The notes below the pieces were generated by a model. That model had not been told where the DNA came from. It saw only the letters and a list, made by a program, of their open reading frames with translations, and ran no database searches. From Ignavibacteriota bacterium (GTDB lineage Bacteria; Bacteroidota; Ignavibacteria; UBA10030; UBA6906), in the NCBI GenBank assembly GCA_963801355.1, contig CAWDEM010000008.1:2688001-2752000 (forward strand): 64,000 nucleotides of DNA. Direction: 5' to 3'. Shown piece by piece: positions 18,434 to 29,058 of this stretch. How positions within the stretch are numbered: position 1 is the first letter of the stretch; each line of letters begins with the position of its first letter. A program made the translations under genes and the position numbers.

Positions 18434-20590
18434 TTAGCGTATGATCGACAGTTTGCGGATCGCCCGCTCGCCCGTCTCGAGGTTCTGGAACACAACAATG
18501 TAGATGCCGCTCACCACAACCTGGCGCGACGACGTCACCGACTTCCAGTACGCATCACCGCTCCCGTCCAGGTGATCGAACTCATAAATCAACTCACCCA
18601 GCTCGGAATAAATGCTGATACGGCACTGGCCCGGGATATTGTAGAACGCAATCTTGTCCGGTTCGTCCGGGAAGCGCAGGTCGAGAGCGTTGGAAGAGAG
18701 CACAAACGGATTCGGCACAATGCGGATTGAATCCAGTCCCTGACCCGGAGGACGTTTTGCCTTGAGGTTCGCACCCGTAAATGTCTGCGTGTACACCCGG
18801 TTGCTAAGCAGGGTATCCCGAGGGGTCAATCCGACACCCGTATTGAGTGCCGGATCCCCGATTGTGACAACATAGTAGAAGTAGGAGACACCGCGCAGGG
18901 CAGTGGCATCGTTGAACGCCCGCTCCGCCGGCCCGACCGTTCCGATCGGCACGAAGTCGGCATCATAGCGGCCGGTGGCGCGGTAGATCTTGAACCCTTT
19001 CAGGTTGGGATCACCCGCGTTTGTCACTTCCCATGTCAGTGCAATTGGGTCACCGCTCATGACCGAAAACATACTTGGCGGAACCGGTGCGGCGGGAATC
19101 TTGTAGCCGGTCTTGTAGTTGGCAATGGCACGGCGGAACGTCTGGAAGAGCGAGTCCTTTCCCGTCAGAACCGAGTCATTCTTCTGCTTTGCCGCCCCGG
19201 GAGCCGTAGGACCGAGCTGGTTCGCCTTCCAGGCACGCCCGATCTCGATACAGCGCTCGCGGCTCAACCCGGCCGCCCCCTCAGCGATGACTATATGAAC
19301 GCTCTGCCCGGGTGCCAGTGTATACGGGCCGTACCCGTCAGCATTGGAAAAACCGCCGGCAGAGCCGTTCACGGAATGAGCGTCGTTGAACGAGGGATTT
19401 CCCGTCGGCATGGCGAAATTGCCGGCGGGCTCCACAGCCCACGCATGCCGGCCATAGTGACCGCGCTGTATCCAGTTCGTATATTCGTTCTTGCACTTGT
19501 CACCGTTGAACTCGCTGTTCCCTGAGGTGTTGGTCTCGTCCGAACCTTCCCACGAGGTTGTGCTTGGCTGCGAGAAGTCGTCTGTCGTGTCGGTCGGCGA
19601 CTTGTCCGCGTGGATGGTGACGTGCCCGACAAAATGCGGCGCGCCGATACGGCCCGTGGTGTCGTATGCCTTGTTGTAATACGGGGTCCAGATCGGTCCG
19701 CCTATGTTGTCGTACTGTGTGAACGACGGAAACTTTCCGTGCCAGACGAATTGCGCGCGCATGTGCGGTGCCGAATAGACGCCCGGGATATCCACAGCGT
19801 CATCGGTGTCTGTCGCGCCGGTTGTCGGAAGAATGAATCCGTCGCCACGGACGTCATTCATCGTGTTCATTCCCCAGCTTGTCCCGTTGCCAATGACGTA
19901 GCGTGTGTCGGCACAGGGTGCGAGGCGGTACTGCCAGTAGAAGTAGACCCCGGTCAGCGTCTGCGACGGCATCTCAATTGCCGCGTCGGCGTCCGTATTC
20001 CCGGTATTGGTGAAGACATAGTCGTAGATCATGTAGTTGTCATGGTACTGCTGGCTGAACTGCATGATCTTGCGCGTCATCGTGATGCCGATGGATGTAT
20101 TCACCACATTCACAATCATCCGGTCCGGAACCATTGTGGGGTCGACACGGTTATTGTCGACCGGCTTCCCTTCCGTGGGACTTCCATCCACGCTGATCTC
20201 CGGGGGGGGATACTTGCTTACCATTTCGAACTTGATCGGGATGAACTCGCCGGTGCCCCGCACGCGCGGACCCACATGCACCACCTTGTAGGGCCACGCG
20301 ACATTGTTGGCATCGGTATAGTCTGTTGTGCCGATCCAGAGACTCTTTGCGGCCTGAGCGTCCTGATACGGATACCAGCCCGGCCACTGTAAACCGTCCT
20401 GTTGGTCTGCGCTGGAAGACCGGCCGACTTCAATTTCGCATCCCATACTGGAGTACCAGTTCTGGAGTGAGCCGGCTGCCATCCATTTCACCTCCTGCTG
20501 GGCCAGGGCGTGTGTGCCGCCGGCAATAAGCAGAAACCCGAGGAAGGCGATGACACCGGCGATGTACGTTTCACGACGAGCGTGCTTCAT
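18434..20590 (-). CDS. Exported protein with FN3 domain and atypical T9SS-like CTD (TBDR partner 1)
   Basis: Signal peptide; GFKIYR...YFYYVV FN3; C-terminal IRIVPNPF...FYNIPGQCRISIYSELGELI...SGIYIV...KLSIIR. Start at ATG 20590 after GAGG (alternative GTG 20602). Confidence 0.75.
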   Translation of the reverse strand: MKHARRETYIAGVIAFLGFLLIAGGTHALAQQEVKWMAAGSLQNWYSSMGCEIEVGRSSSADQQDGLQWPGWYPYQDAQAAKSLWIGTTDYTDANNVAWPYKVVHVGPRVRGTGEFIPIKFEMVSKYPPPEISVDGSPTEGKPVDNNRVDPTMVPDRMIVNVVNTSIGITMTRKIMQFSQQYHDNYMIYDYVFTNTGNTDADAAIEMPSQTLTGVYFYWQYRLAPCADTRYVIGNGTSWGMNTMNDVRGDGFILPTTGATDTDDAVDIPGVYSAPHMRAQFVWHGKFPSFTQYDNIGGPIWTPYYNKAYDTTGRIGAPHFVGHVTIHADKSPTDTTDDFSQPSTTSWEGSDETNTSGNSEFNGDKCKNEYTNWIQRGHYGRHAWAVEPAGNFAMPTGNPSFNDAHSVNGSAGGFSNADGYGPYTLAPGQSVHIVIAEGAAGLSRERCIEIGRAWKANQLGPTAPGAAKQKNDSVLTGKDSLFQTFRRAIANYKTGYKIPAAPVPPSMFSVMSGDPIALTWEVTNAGDPNLKGFKIYRATGRYDADFVPIGTVGPAERAFNDATALRGVSYFYYVVTIGDPALNTGVGLTPRDTLLSNRVYTQTFTGANLKAKRPPGQGLDSIRIVPNPFVLSSNALDLRFPDEPDKIAFYNIPGQCRISIYSELGELIYEFDHLDGSGDAYWKSVTSSRQVVVSGIYIVVFQNLETGERAIRKLSIIR

Positions 20591-20648
20591 GTGTTTCCTC
20601 ACGATAACATAATCCTGGTAGTGGCGTCACATCTCACGATGCGCCCGA

Positions 20649-23600
20649 CTAAAGTTCGAACGACATCCGGATACCGAAAAACACCCTGCGGGGGTTCAGG
20701 AACGTGAATGTATCCATGTTCGGCATGTCGATATATGCTTTGTCATCAAGAACCTGTTGCACCCGGCCCTGGTCGACAACCTGCCATGCGCCGTTGACAT
20801 ACTGATAATACTGCTGTGCGTCCACCGCATAGTAAAACGGACGGCTCTCCGGTTTCGGAATGGACTGCATTGCCGCCAGCGTTCTGTACGCAACAATCGG
20901 CTGGAACGCCACGCCGTCTTTCCTGTAGTTCCCCGGGTGATCATCCCCGGAGATATTCACATAACCGACCTGTGTATCCACTTCGGGCGAGAACGCCGCA
21001 AGATGGAGTGACTGCATGTAATCGTTGTAGTCTGTCGACGTGACAAACCCGTATGTCGTCATGTAGCGGTAGTTGAACAGATTCGTCAGATCGGCGTAGA
21101 GCTGGAGATTCATCCGTCCGAACTGGAAGCTCTTCGTAATACGCATATTGACATTCCAGTAATCCGACCACTGGGCGTTGTTCAGCACACCGGGAATCGA
21201 TGCGCCACCCGTCCAGGTCAGATAGTAGCCCGACGACCAGGAGCCCACGAAATTTACGCGCCAGTCGGCAAGTAGGTGTAGGCCGAGCACCGTCGGGCCG
21301 AACTCCTGGGGAGTAAAGAAATCCAGGTTCAGACGGGCGAAGGGGCGTGGGATTGGCTTGTTTTGCTGCGTCGTCGCCGGGTTCGCCAATTCGTACTTCA
21401 GTTGATCGATTTGATTCTGGAAGTACGAATCGATGCCATACCAGCCGCTGGAACGCACATCATACGTGTAATTGATGAAGCCCTGGTACCAGTTTCCCCG
21501 GTTCTTGTAGAGACTCAATTCGAAACCCCGGATGTCGCGGTAGGCATTGCTGGTGTATTGCGAATACTCCACTGTGGACTTGCGGTTAGTGTAGGTGACG
21601 AGGAGCGGCTCATCCGTGATGTCTTTGTAATATGCCGCAACACGCAACAGAAACTCGTCCGCCAGGCTATGCTCGTAGCCCAGCTCGTACGACACTGTCC
21701 GCGGGAGTGGGGCATTGGGGTCTGCGACACGCCGGATGGAGTTGTCGAACCCCGACCGCCGCAATAGGTACATATTGTCCGGTGTCCGCGCCTGATAGAA
21801 ATGTCCGTAGTTGAAATAAAGCTTCGCTTCCTCGGAGATCGGGAAGGAGATGCCAAGGCGCGGGCTGATGTTGAGTTGCTTTTCGACCGGCTGTTGGACC
21901 AGGAGAGTATCAATGCCCGCACTTCCGCTGGAGGAAAAGGCATCTGAGTACGCCCCGTACGAGTACCATGACCCCTGCGGATTGAGATACTCCAGGCGGA
22001 CGCCGAGATCGGCCACCATCCCTTCGAACTCGAGTTTGTCGCGTACGTACAGTGCCCCTTTGAGCGGAAAACGGTGATAGCCGTTGGCAAAGACATTGTC
22101 TTTGAGCATCGCATCATAGAGGCCGTAGCGGATATCCTGATCAGTGTACATCAATTCCACGCCGGCTTTCACCTGATTAGCCTTGTCAAGTTGGCTCGTG
22201 ATGTCAAACTTGGCCGTGTAGAGGGTCACCCGGCTTGTATCCCTCGAGTTGCTGAACCCGACGCCAAAGCGGATGTCGGCAAGTCCGGCCGCAGGCACGG
22301 GCAGCGAATCAAATCCGAACGGCGCTTCGTCAACATAGTATCCGTTGCCGAAGAGATACTTCTTCTCCCTATCCCTCCCACGTCCGGGATACGTATTGTA
22401 TTCCGAGCGGAACATGCTCAGACTGGCGTCATAGTACGTCTTTGCACTCAGCGCATGAGACAGTTTGGCATTCAGCGAGTAATAGTCGGTGTATGTGGGG
22501 CACCAGTAGTCGGTGGCGAAAATGCGCGTGTCGATGTAACTCACACGGTTCATCACCGCACCGATGTCTTCCGGCGACTGAAAGATCCCGGGAGTCCCGC
22601 CGTTGTTGTTGTTCGTTCCACTCGTCCGGCCCATCATGCCTTCGACAGTCAACTTCATGCCGCCGGTGACGTCCGAGGTGATCTTCAACATTCCGTTGTA
22701 GTCCCGCCACGCATTGTCTGACAGAGGGACCAGGTATACCTGCTGCGTCTTGTGGAATGTGGCGAAGAACCGGAGGCCGCCAAATTCATCCACGAGATAG
22801 GGAACGGGGCCACCGAAGGAGAGGTCAACGTCGTAGTCTGCGTCGGTGACTTCCGCTATCTTTCTGCGTTGCCAGAGGAACAATCGTTGGAGGGCTTCCG
22901 GGGTGAGTTCCATTGCAGTGCCGATATTCTTCTTGGCAATAGAGTTCCACCCTTCAAAGGAAGGAAACTGCTTCTGTGTCCATGGATCCCAGTAGGGTAG
23001 GCCCGTGGCGGGATTGGTCGCAGAAGTGCCGACCCAGGCAACTTCATCATCGACATATGGCCGGACCCAGTAGGAATTCTTGTCGTAGATGGAATTCCCG
23101 AAGTGCTTGGGGGTGGCATTGCTGGCGCGCGCCATCAATCCGACGCTGTAGGCGGACTTCCCACCCTCTTTGGTTATCACATTGATCACGCCGGATCGGA
23201 CGTTCCCGTATTCAGCGCTGAAACCGCCGGTTTGCACCTGAATATCCTGAACGGCGAGCAATGACACGGAGGAGTAGGGTGCGTTGGTCCGTTCGTCGCG
23301 CAGCGTCATTCCGTTGACCATGAACGCCGTCTCGGAAATCGTGCCGCCACGAATTTCAAGCCCCTGAATTCCTGCCTGCAACCCGACAGCTCCGGCGACA
23401 GATGTCACCGGGAGCTTCTCGACATCGGCGATTTCGATGTTCGCACGGCTTGCCGCCACGTCGCGTTGCACGACCGGACGTGTCGCGACTATCGTCACTT
23501 CCTCACCCGCGATCGCCTCTTCACCCAGACCGAGATTGAGATCCGTCGTCTGGTCGATATCGACACGCACATTGACCGCAGAGGTGGGTTTGTACCCGAC

Positions 23601-23834
23601 CAGGGCAGCTGTGACTTTGTAACGCCCCGGGGGGATGTTGATGATGGCGAAGTAACCATCGGGATTAGTTGCCGCCCCGAGCGTCGTTCCATCGATGACA
23701 ACGTTGACGCTTGGCAGCGGTTCGCCCGTTCGTGCGTCCCTCACCGTACCGGCGATTTTGCCGGTCGTTCCTGAAAATGCTACAGCAGTGAGAAGGACCA
23801 GGGCGGCGGTGAACAGAGTAACAAACACCCTCAT
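20649..23834 (-). CDS. TonB-dependent receptor 1
   Basis: N-terminal carboxypeptidase-regulatory-like domain (GKIAGTVRDARTGEPL); plug motifs IRGG and GGFSAEYGN..SGVINVITK; barrel motif SPRLGISFPI; ends PRRVFFGIRMSFEL. Confidence 0.92.
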   Translation of the reverse strand: MRVFVTLFTAALVLLTAVAFSGTTGKIAGTVRDARTGEPLPSVNVVIDGTTLGAATNPDGYFAIINIPPGRYKVTAALVGYKPTSAVNVRVDIDQTTDLNLGLGEEAIAGEEVTIVATRPVVQRDVAASRANIEIADVEKLPVTSVAGAVGLQAGIQGLEIRGGTISETAFMVNGMTLRDERTNAPYSSVSLLAVQDIQVQTGGFSAEYGNVRSGVINVITKEGGKSAYSVGLMARASNATPKHFGNSIYDKNSYWVRPYVDDEVAWVGTSATNPATGLPYWDPWTQKQFPSFEGWNSIAKKNIGTAMELTPEALQRLFLWQRRKIAEVTDADYDVDLSFGGPVPYLVDEFGGLRFFATFHKTQQVYLVPLSDNAWRDYNGMLKITSDVTGGMKLTVEGMMGRTSGTNNNNGGTPGIFQSPEDIGAVMNRVSYIDTRIFATDYWCPTYTDYYSLNAKLSHALSAKTYYDASLSMFRSEYNTYPGRGRDREKKYLFGNGYYVDEAPFGFDSLPVPAAGLADIRFGVGFSNSRDTSRVTLYTAKFDITSQLDKANQVKAGVELMYTDQDIRYGLYDAMLKDNVFANGYHRFPLKGALYVRDKLEFEGMVADLGVRLEYLNPQGSWYSYGAYSDAFSSSGSAGIDTLLVQQPVEKQLNISPRLGISFPISEEAKLYFNYGHFYQARTPDNMYLLRRSGFDNSIRRVADPNAPLPRTVSYELGYEHSLADEFLLRVAAYYKDITDEPLLVTYTNRKSTVEYSQYTSNAYRDIRGFELSLYKNRGNWYQGFINYTYDVRSSGWYGIDSYFQNQIDQLKYELANPATTQQNKPIPRPFARLNLDFFTPQEFGPTVLGLHLLADWRVNFVGSWSSGYYLTWTGGASIPGVLNNAQWSDYWNVNMRITKSFQFGRMNLQLYADLTNLFNYRYMTTYGFVTSTDYNDYMQSLHLAAFSPEVDTQVGYVNISGDDHPGNYRKDGVAFQPIVAYRTLAAMQSIPKPESRPFYYAVDAQQYYQYVNGAWQVVDQGRVQQVLDDKAYIDMPNMDTFTFLNPRRVFFGIRMSFEL

Positions 23835-23956
23835 AGACGCTCCTCAAATGGTAGGATGTTGGTACTAAAATATCAATGAGAACATGCGTGCGGTAGATTG
23901 TCTGCAGGAGGTGTACAACCGGGTTGTCCTGACGCAGACCATCAGTTAATAGTCAA

Positions 23957-23985
23957 ATGATAGTGAACGTGTGCGTAACTGTCAA
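23957..23985 (-). promoter_or_regulatory. Sigma70-type promoter for the TBDR1/peptidoglycan cluster
   Basis: Minus strand TTGACA-17 nt-TATCAT. Confidence 0.7.
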
Positions 23986-24049
23986 GGAGAAACGTGCAAA
24001 ACCAGTCGATTCAACAAGTTACGAGTTTGCATTCCTTGAACGAAACACT

Positions 24050-24059
24050 TGCACGTGCA
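24050..24059. promoter_or_regulatory. Palindromic operator candidate TGCACGTGCA
   Basis: Perfect 10-bp palindrome between the divergent promoters; variants at 23963-23974, 23989-23999 and 26076-26087. Confidence 0.45.
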
Positions 24060-24131
24060 CTCCCACAACGCCTGTTCGAAAACGGTTTGCGCTGTTCAAT
24101 AGGGCACTGAACCCTTTTGAGCCCTTGTGTG

Positions 24132-24160
24132 TTGACACATCCAGAGAGGTTCTGTATATT
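24132..24160 (+). promoter_or_regulatory. Sigma70-type promoter for the 24208 gene
   Basis: TTGACA-17 nt-TATATT. Confidence 0.7.
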
Positions 24161-24207
24161 GTTGGTTCAAACAAACCAACCCATCCACCAATCAGCCCGG
24201 AGCACCA

Positions 24208-25921
24208 ATGAAACAGCTGCTAATTCTTTGCACTGTCTTTCTTCTGGTCGTGAGCTTCACCGGCGTCCTCGAAGCACAGGTGACAGTCGACACCGGATTC
24301 ACTGTTGCTGCCCAGATCAAACCATCCGCTTATCCCGGATGGCCCGACAGCATCGGCGCCGAGAAGGTCATAGAGCGGGTTTCGACATCAACAAGAACGG
24401 CAAGAAAGAATTTCTGGTTCTGGCCGATCCTTACTCTATGCAGGCCATTCCAATCACGAACGACCATACCTGTTCTGTTTGAAGCATCAGGGAACAATAC
24501 CTACAATCTCATCTGGTCGACAGTGGTACCCGGCAACAATGATACGGGATACCAGAATGCCGATCTTCACTGTCGCGGACCTTGACAAAGATGGAAATCT
24601 GGAAATCATTGTCGTGGTGCCACCGGTGAGAGAACCGGTCGACGACCCGGCAGTCCTGTACCTTTACGAGTTCGACGCAGACAGCATTACCCCACCAACC
24701 GACGATCACATCCGACCTCGGGATACGGCCTGGCATGAAATACGCCGCGAGCCGTGTCGAGGTGGCGGATGTCGACGGTGACGGCGAAAACGAATTGGTG
24801 GTCACCTCCCGGAGCGACGATTTTGGCGGTACGGGACTCGGACGCACACTGATGGTGGATCATTTCATCGGTGGCGATATCAATCCGGCCACGTTCGGAT
24901 ACTTCGAACGGGAATTCATCGACTCTTCATCGGTTCTGAAGGGTGGAGCAGTGTATGACGTGGGGATCATAGATTTCGACGGCGACGGGAAGAAGGAAAT
25001 CTGGGTCTCCACATGGGACTTGTTCAGCCTGGCCATCTACGAAGCGACAGGCAAAAGACACCTATGTACTGCGCACGGACATCAACCAGGCGCGTCCGGA
25101 CAACGACGTCGGTGTAGCGTCCACAGCATGCGCTGGTATGACGCCAACAAAGATGGCAAGCTCGAATACTACTGTGCAGGAATCACCGACGCCACTAACC
25201 CCGGCAACATTCACATGATCCCCAGCACCGACCGACGTCTCGACACTCTACGACAGCGTCGGTGGTGACACTGACGCCTGATCTGGAGCCGATCGACGAG
25301 TAGTTCCTACGAAGGCGCGGATATCGGCGACGTCAACGGAGACGGCAAGATGGACTATATCGTTGCCGGTCCCGGTTCGCGGCGTGAAGTGTTCTGGCTT
25401 CAGTACAAGGGAGGCAATCCTGCCGACTCGGCGAACTACAAGATGACCACGCTGTACAAGGACACAGATACAGCGACCACGGACTTACAGCTTCTGTAGC
25501 ATCAATATCGGCAACGACATCGACGGCGACGGGAAGAAAGAAGTGTTCATTCCGAACCGCTGCCCCGATGCCACTAATGCCACATATCCAGCGGTTGATC
25601 ATTCTGGAGGCAAAGGCGGTCTCAGCCGGCGTTGAACGGGTCGAGGGGATCGTTCCTGAAGGCTATGCTCTCGGCCAGAACTATCCCAATCCCTTCAACC
25701 CTGAAACAGCCATCAATTTCGCCATCCCGGCATCAGCGCACGTGACCATAACGATTCACAACGCGCTCGGACAGGAAGTGGCCACTCTGGTTGACACGGA
25801 GCTTGAGCCGGGAGCATACTCTACGAGCTTCAATGCCAGGGACTTCGGCAGCGGCACCTATTTCTACACACTTCGCGCGGGAAGCTTCACCGACACGAAG
25901 AAAATGCTTCTCTTGAAGTAA
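24208..25921 (+). pseudogene. FG-GAP repeat T9SS protein broken by many frameshifts (probably sequence errors)
   Basis: Fragments in alternating frames join into signal peptide + FDINKNGKKEF, ADLDKDGNLEII, ADVDGDGENELVV, DFDGDGKKEIW and DANKDGKLEY repeats + QNYPNPFNP...KMLLLK CTD. Confidence 0.75.
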
Positions 25922-25962
25922 TCTTTGCAGATGCCGACCGCGAAGAGCGGCGGTAGATCATC

Positions 25963-26012
25963 ATCAGGAATCGGGGACTCTGTTCGTGTCCCCGGTTCCT
26001 GATTGCTGTTTT
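25963..26012 (+). terminator. Probable intrinsic terminator
   Basis: 16-bp stem ATCAGGAATCGGGGAC / GTCCCCGGTTCCTGAT (one G-U pair) followed by TGCTGTTTT. Confidence 0.6.
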
Positions 26013-26034
26013 ATGCCGCCTTTCCGGCCTTTCC

Positions 26035-26063
26035 TTGACTACCAGACCTCTATTCTCTATATT
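26035..26063 (+). promoter_or_regulatory. Sigma70-type promoter for the TBDR2 operon
   Basis: TTGACT-17 nt-TATATT, with GTTTACGTGCAC just downstream. Confidence 0.65.
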
Positions 26064-26187
26064 ATTGACTACTCGGTTTACGTGCACCCTCCGCCGTAGC
26101 CTGAGATTTATAGGGAAGATTCAAGTCATATCCTCCCGAGCATTCCCGGATTCTATGATTCATTTATCATCATCCAGAAGGTACCCT

Positions 26188-29030
26188 ATGCGCATCGTTA
26201 CACGATTTGCGACGGGCGTACTCTGCTGTGCCCTGGGTTTTTCAGCCCTTTGGGCCGGCAGCACCGGAAAAATCTCCGGCACAGTCCGCGACTCGCGCAC
26301 GAAGGAGCCGCTCCCCGGCGTCAATGTTGTGGTTCAGGGAACTGCACTTGGTGCCGCCACCGACGTCAACGGACGGTACGTCATTCTCAATGTCCCCCCC
26401 GGGCGCCAGAACGTCATGGCCTCTTTTATAGGCTACCGCCGTTTCGAAGTGAATGATCTCCGGATCTCCACCGACTTCACCACTCCGTTGGACATTGACA
26501 TGATCGAGGGAAGTATTGAACTCGATGCGGTGGTCGTCCAGGCCGAACGCAGTCCCCTCATCCGCCAGGACCTCACGAATCCCGTCGCTTCCATCTCCTC
26601 CGAGGCCATTGAGGCGCTTCCAGTCACCGACATCAGCGAGGTGATCGGATTGCAGGCGGGCGTGACCGTGGATGATGACGGCTCGATTCATATCCGCGGA
26701 GGCCTCGGCAATGAAATCGCCTATACGCTGAACGGCATCAATATCAACAACCCGTACGGCAATACCGATCGGTGGGCGTCGCGACGAATGCCGTGCGCGA
26801 AGTCTCGGTCTCCAGCGGAACCTTCAGCGCCGAATACGGAAGCGCATTGAGCGGCGTCGTGAACTACGTCACGAAAGACGGCGGGGCGAAATGGTCGGGA
26901 AGCCTGAAGCAGTACATGGGCGACCATTATAGCGGGCACACAGGACTCTTCTTCAACATCAACAAGTTTTCGCCCACGAACGTCAACCGCACCGAGGCGA
27001 CCATCAGCGGACCGCTCTCAGGCGAAGACCTTTCGTTCTTTGCTTCGGGTGTCTACAACTGGTACGGCGGACATCTGTACGGCCAGCGGCTCTACCTGCC
27101 GACCGATTCCTACCTGTCACGCGAAGGGTTCCTCACCGGCGATCCGCGACGCGGGACCACCAGTGACCCATACTACTTCGGACCGCTCACGCATGACCCG
27201 TCGGACCTCGCCGGCGGCTACAGCGGAGACGGAGCCGTGGTCCCCCTCAACTGGAGCAAATCCTACAATCTCCAGGGGAACATCAGCTGGCGCATGACGA
27301 ATGCAATGAAGTTGAAGTATGAATTCGTACACAACTTCGACGAATCGCCGGATGCAGATCCCTTCGTCGTGCGGTACAAGCCGGACGGGAATAACATTTT
27401 CCAGGGCGAAGGCAACATGCATTCGCTTGAGTTCACGCACTCCGTAAACGAGAAAATGTTCTACACGGTGAAAGGCTCCTACATCATCGACAAAGCTCAC
27501 AGCTGGGCCTATGACAGCCCGGACGATCCACGATACTTGCCATCGTTCTATGAGAAATATTTCCCGAACACAAGTTATGTGACCGGCGGGACAGACCCCT
27601 CCCGTTTCAGCAGAAAGACCGAGACCGTTGCAGGGAAGATCGATGCCGTCGCGCAGATTCTGGGCATGCACGAAGTGAAGGCCGGCGTAGAAGTACGCAA
27701 ACACACCCTAACGGTCGAATCATATACGCTGCAGTTCAGGGACCCGAACTTCCCGAACACAGATCCGAGCTTCGCGAACGCACTGACCGGACAATTTCAC
27801 TTCCTGCCGTACATACCTGATGAAGTCGGCGGCTACACGTACTACAAACGCCAGCCGCTGCAGATGGCCGCCTATGTCCAGGACAAAATCGAGCTCTTCA
27901 AGTCGATTATCCTGAACCTGGGTGTGCGGTACGAGTATTTTGACCCGGCAGCCCAATACAATTCGGCCATCAGCACCGAACTTTCAGAGCCGCAGGAAAC
28001 GATCTTCATTCAGAAGAACCTGATCGATGCATCCAAGAAACATATGGTCAGCCCGCGGATCAGTGTTTCCTATCCCATCACCGATCAGGGGACGATCCGG
28101 TTCTCGTACGGACATTTCTTTCAGATCGGATCTCTCTCCAGCCTCTACAGCAACTCCAACTTCCGTGCGCCGTCTGGCGTCTCCCTGTCGTTCGGAAATC
28201 CCGACGTGAAACCGCAAAAGAGCATTCAGTATGAGCTCGGTCTCCAGCAGGGGCTGACCGAGGACATGAAGATCGAAATCACCGGGTACTACAAAGACGT
28301 CCGGGATTACATTTACTCGCAGACGATCATCACAGCCCGCGGCGACAAGCAGTACAACGTGCTCACGAACCTCAGTTATGCCAATACGCGGGGGATCAGC
28401 GTGTCATTACTGAAGCGCCGCACCGTGGACGACATGCTTTCCGCCACACTGGACTATACGTTCCAGGTGACCGAAGGAAACCGCACATTGCCGACGGATG
28501 AGATCTTCTTCAACGAGCAACAGGGGCGTCTGAGCGAAACATACCTCGTGCCGCTCGGATTTGACAGGAGCCATACCCTCACGAGTACCGTCTCGTTGTC
28601 GCAACCCAATGACTGGTCGGTGAGCATGATCGGGTACCTGCGCACGGGCACACCGTACACGCCGTCCTTCCCGTCAAACGTTGTCCCGATTACGTTCACA
28701 CAGAACAGCGACCGTCAGCCGATGCAATGGAACGTCGATCTGAAGCTCGAAAAGTTTTTCCGGGTCGAGCCCTTCGATCTTTCCGTGTTCGTGCAGGTCG
28801 ACAACGTGTTCGACGTTGAGAATGAGCTCTATGTGTACGCAAACTCGGGGCGTGCGCTCTATAACCTCTCCCAGACGCTGCAACCGGAGCTCCTGGCCGG
28901 TCTGCGCAACCGCATTATCAGGGGAGATCCCGGGATGATCCCGGTGGACGGCGTCGACAACTACTACGCCAATCCCGGCAATATCAGTACCCCGCGGCTC
29001 ATCCGCGTCGGCGCATCGATTGTGTTCTAA
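26188..29030 (+). CDS. TonB-dependent receptor 2 (one frameshift near 26766)
   Basis: MRIVTRF...GKISGTVRD..HIRGG..NPYGNT joins VGVATNAVREVSVSSGTFSAEYG if one base is restored; colinear with TBDR3; ends PRLIRVGASIVF. Confidence 0.85.
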
Positions 29031-29058
29031 TGATTTCATTCAACTGATCGGAATCTGT

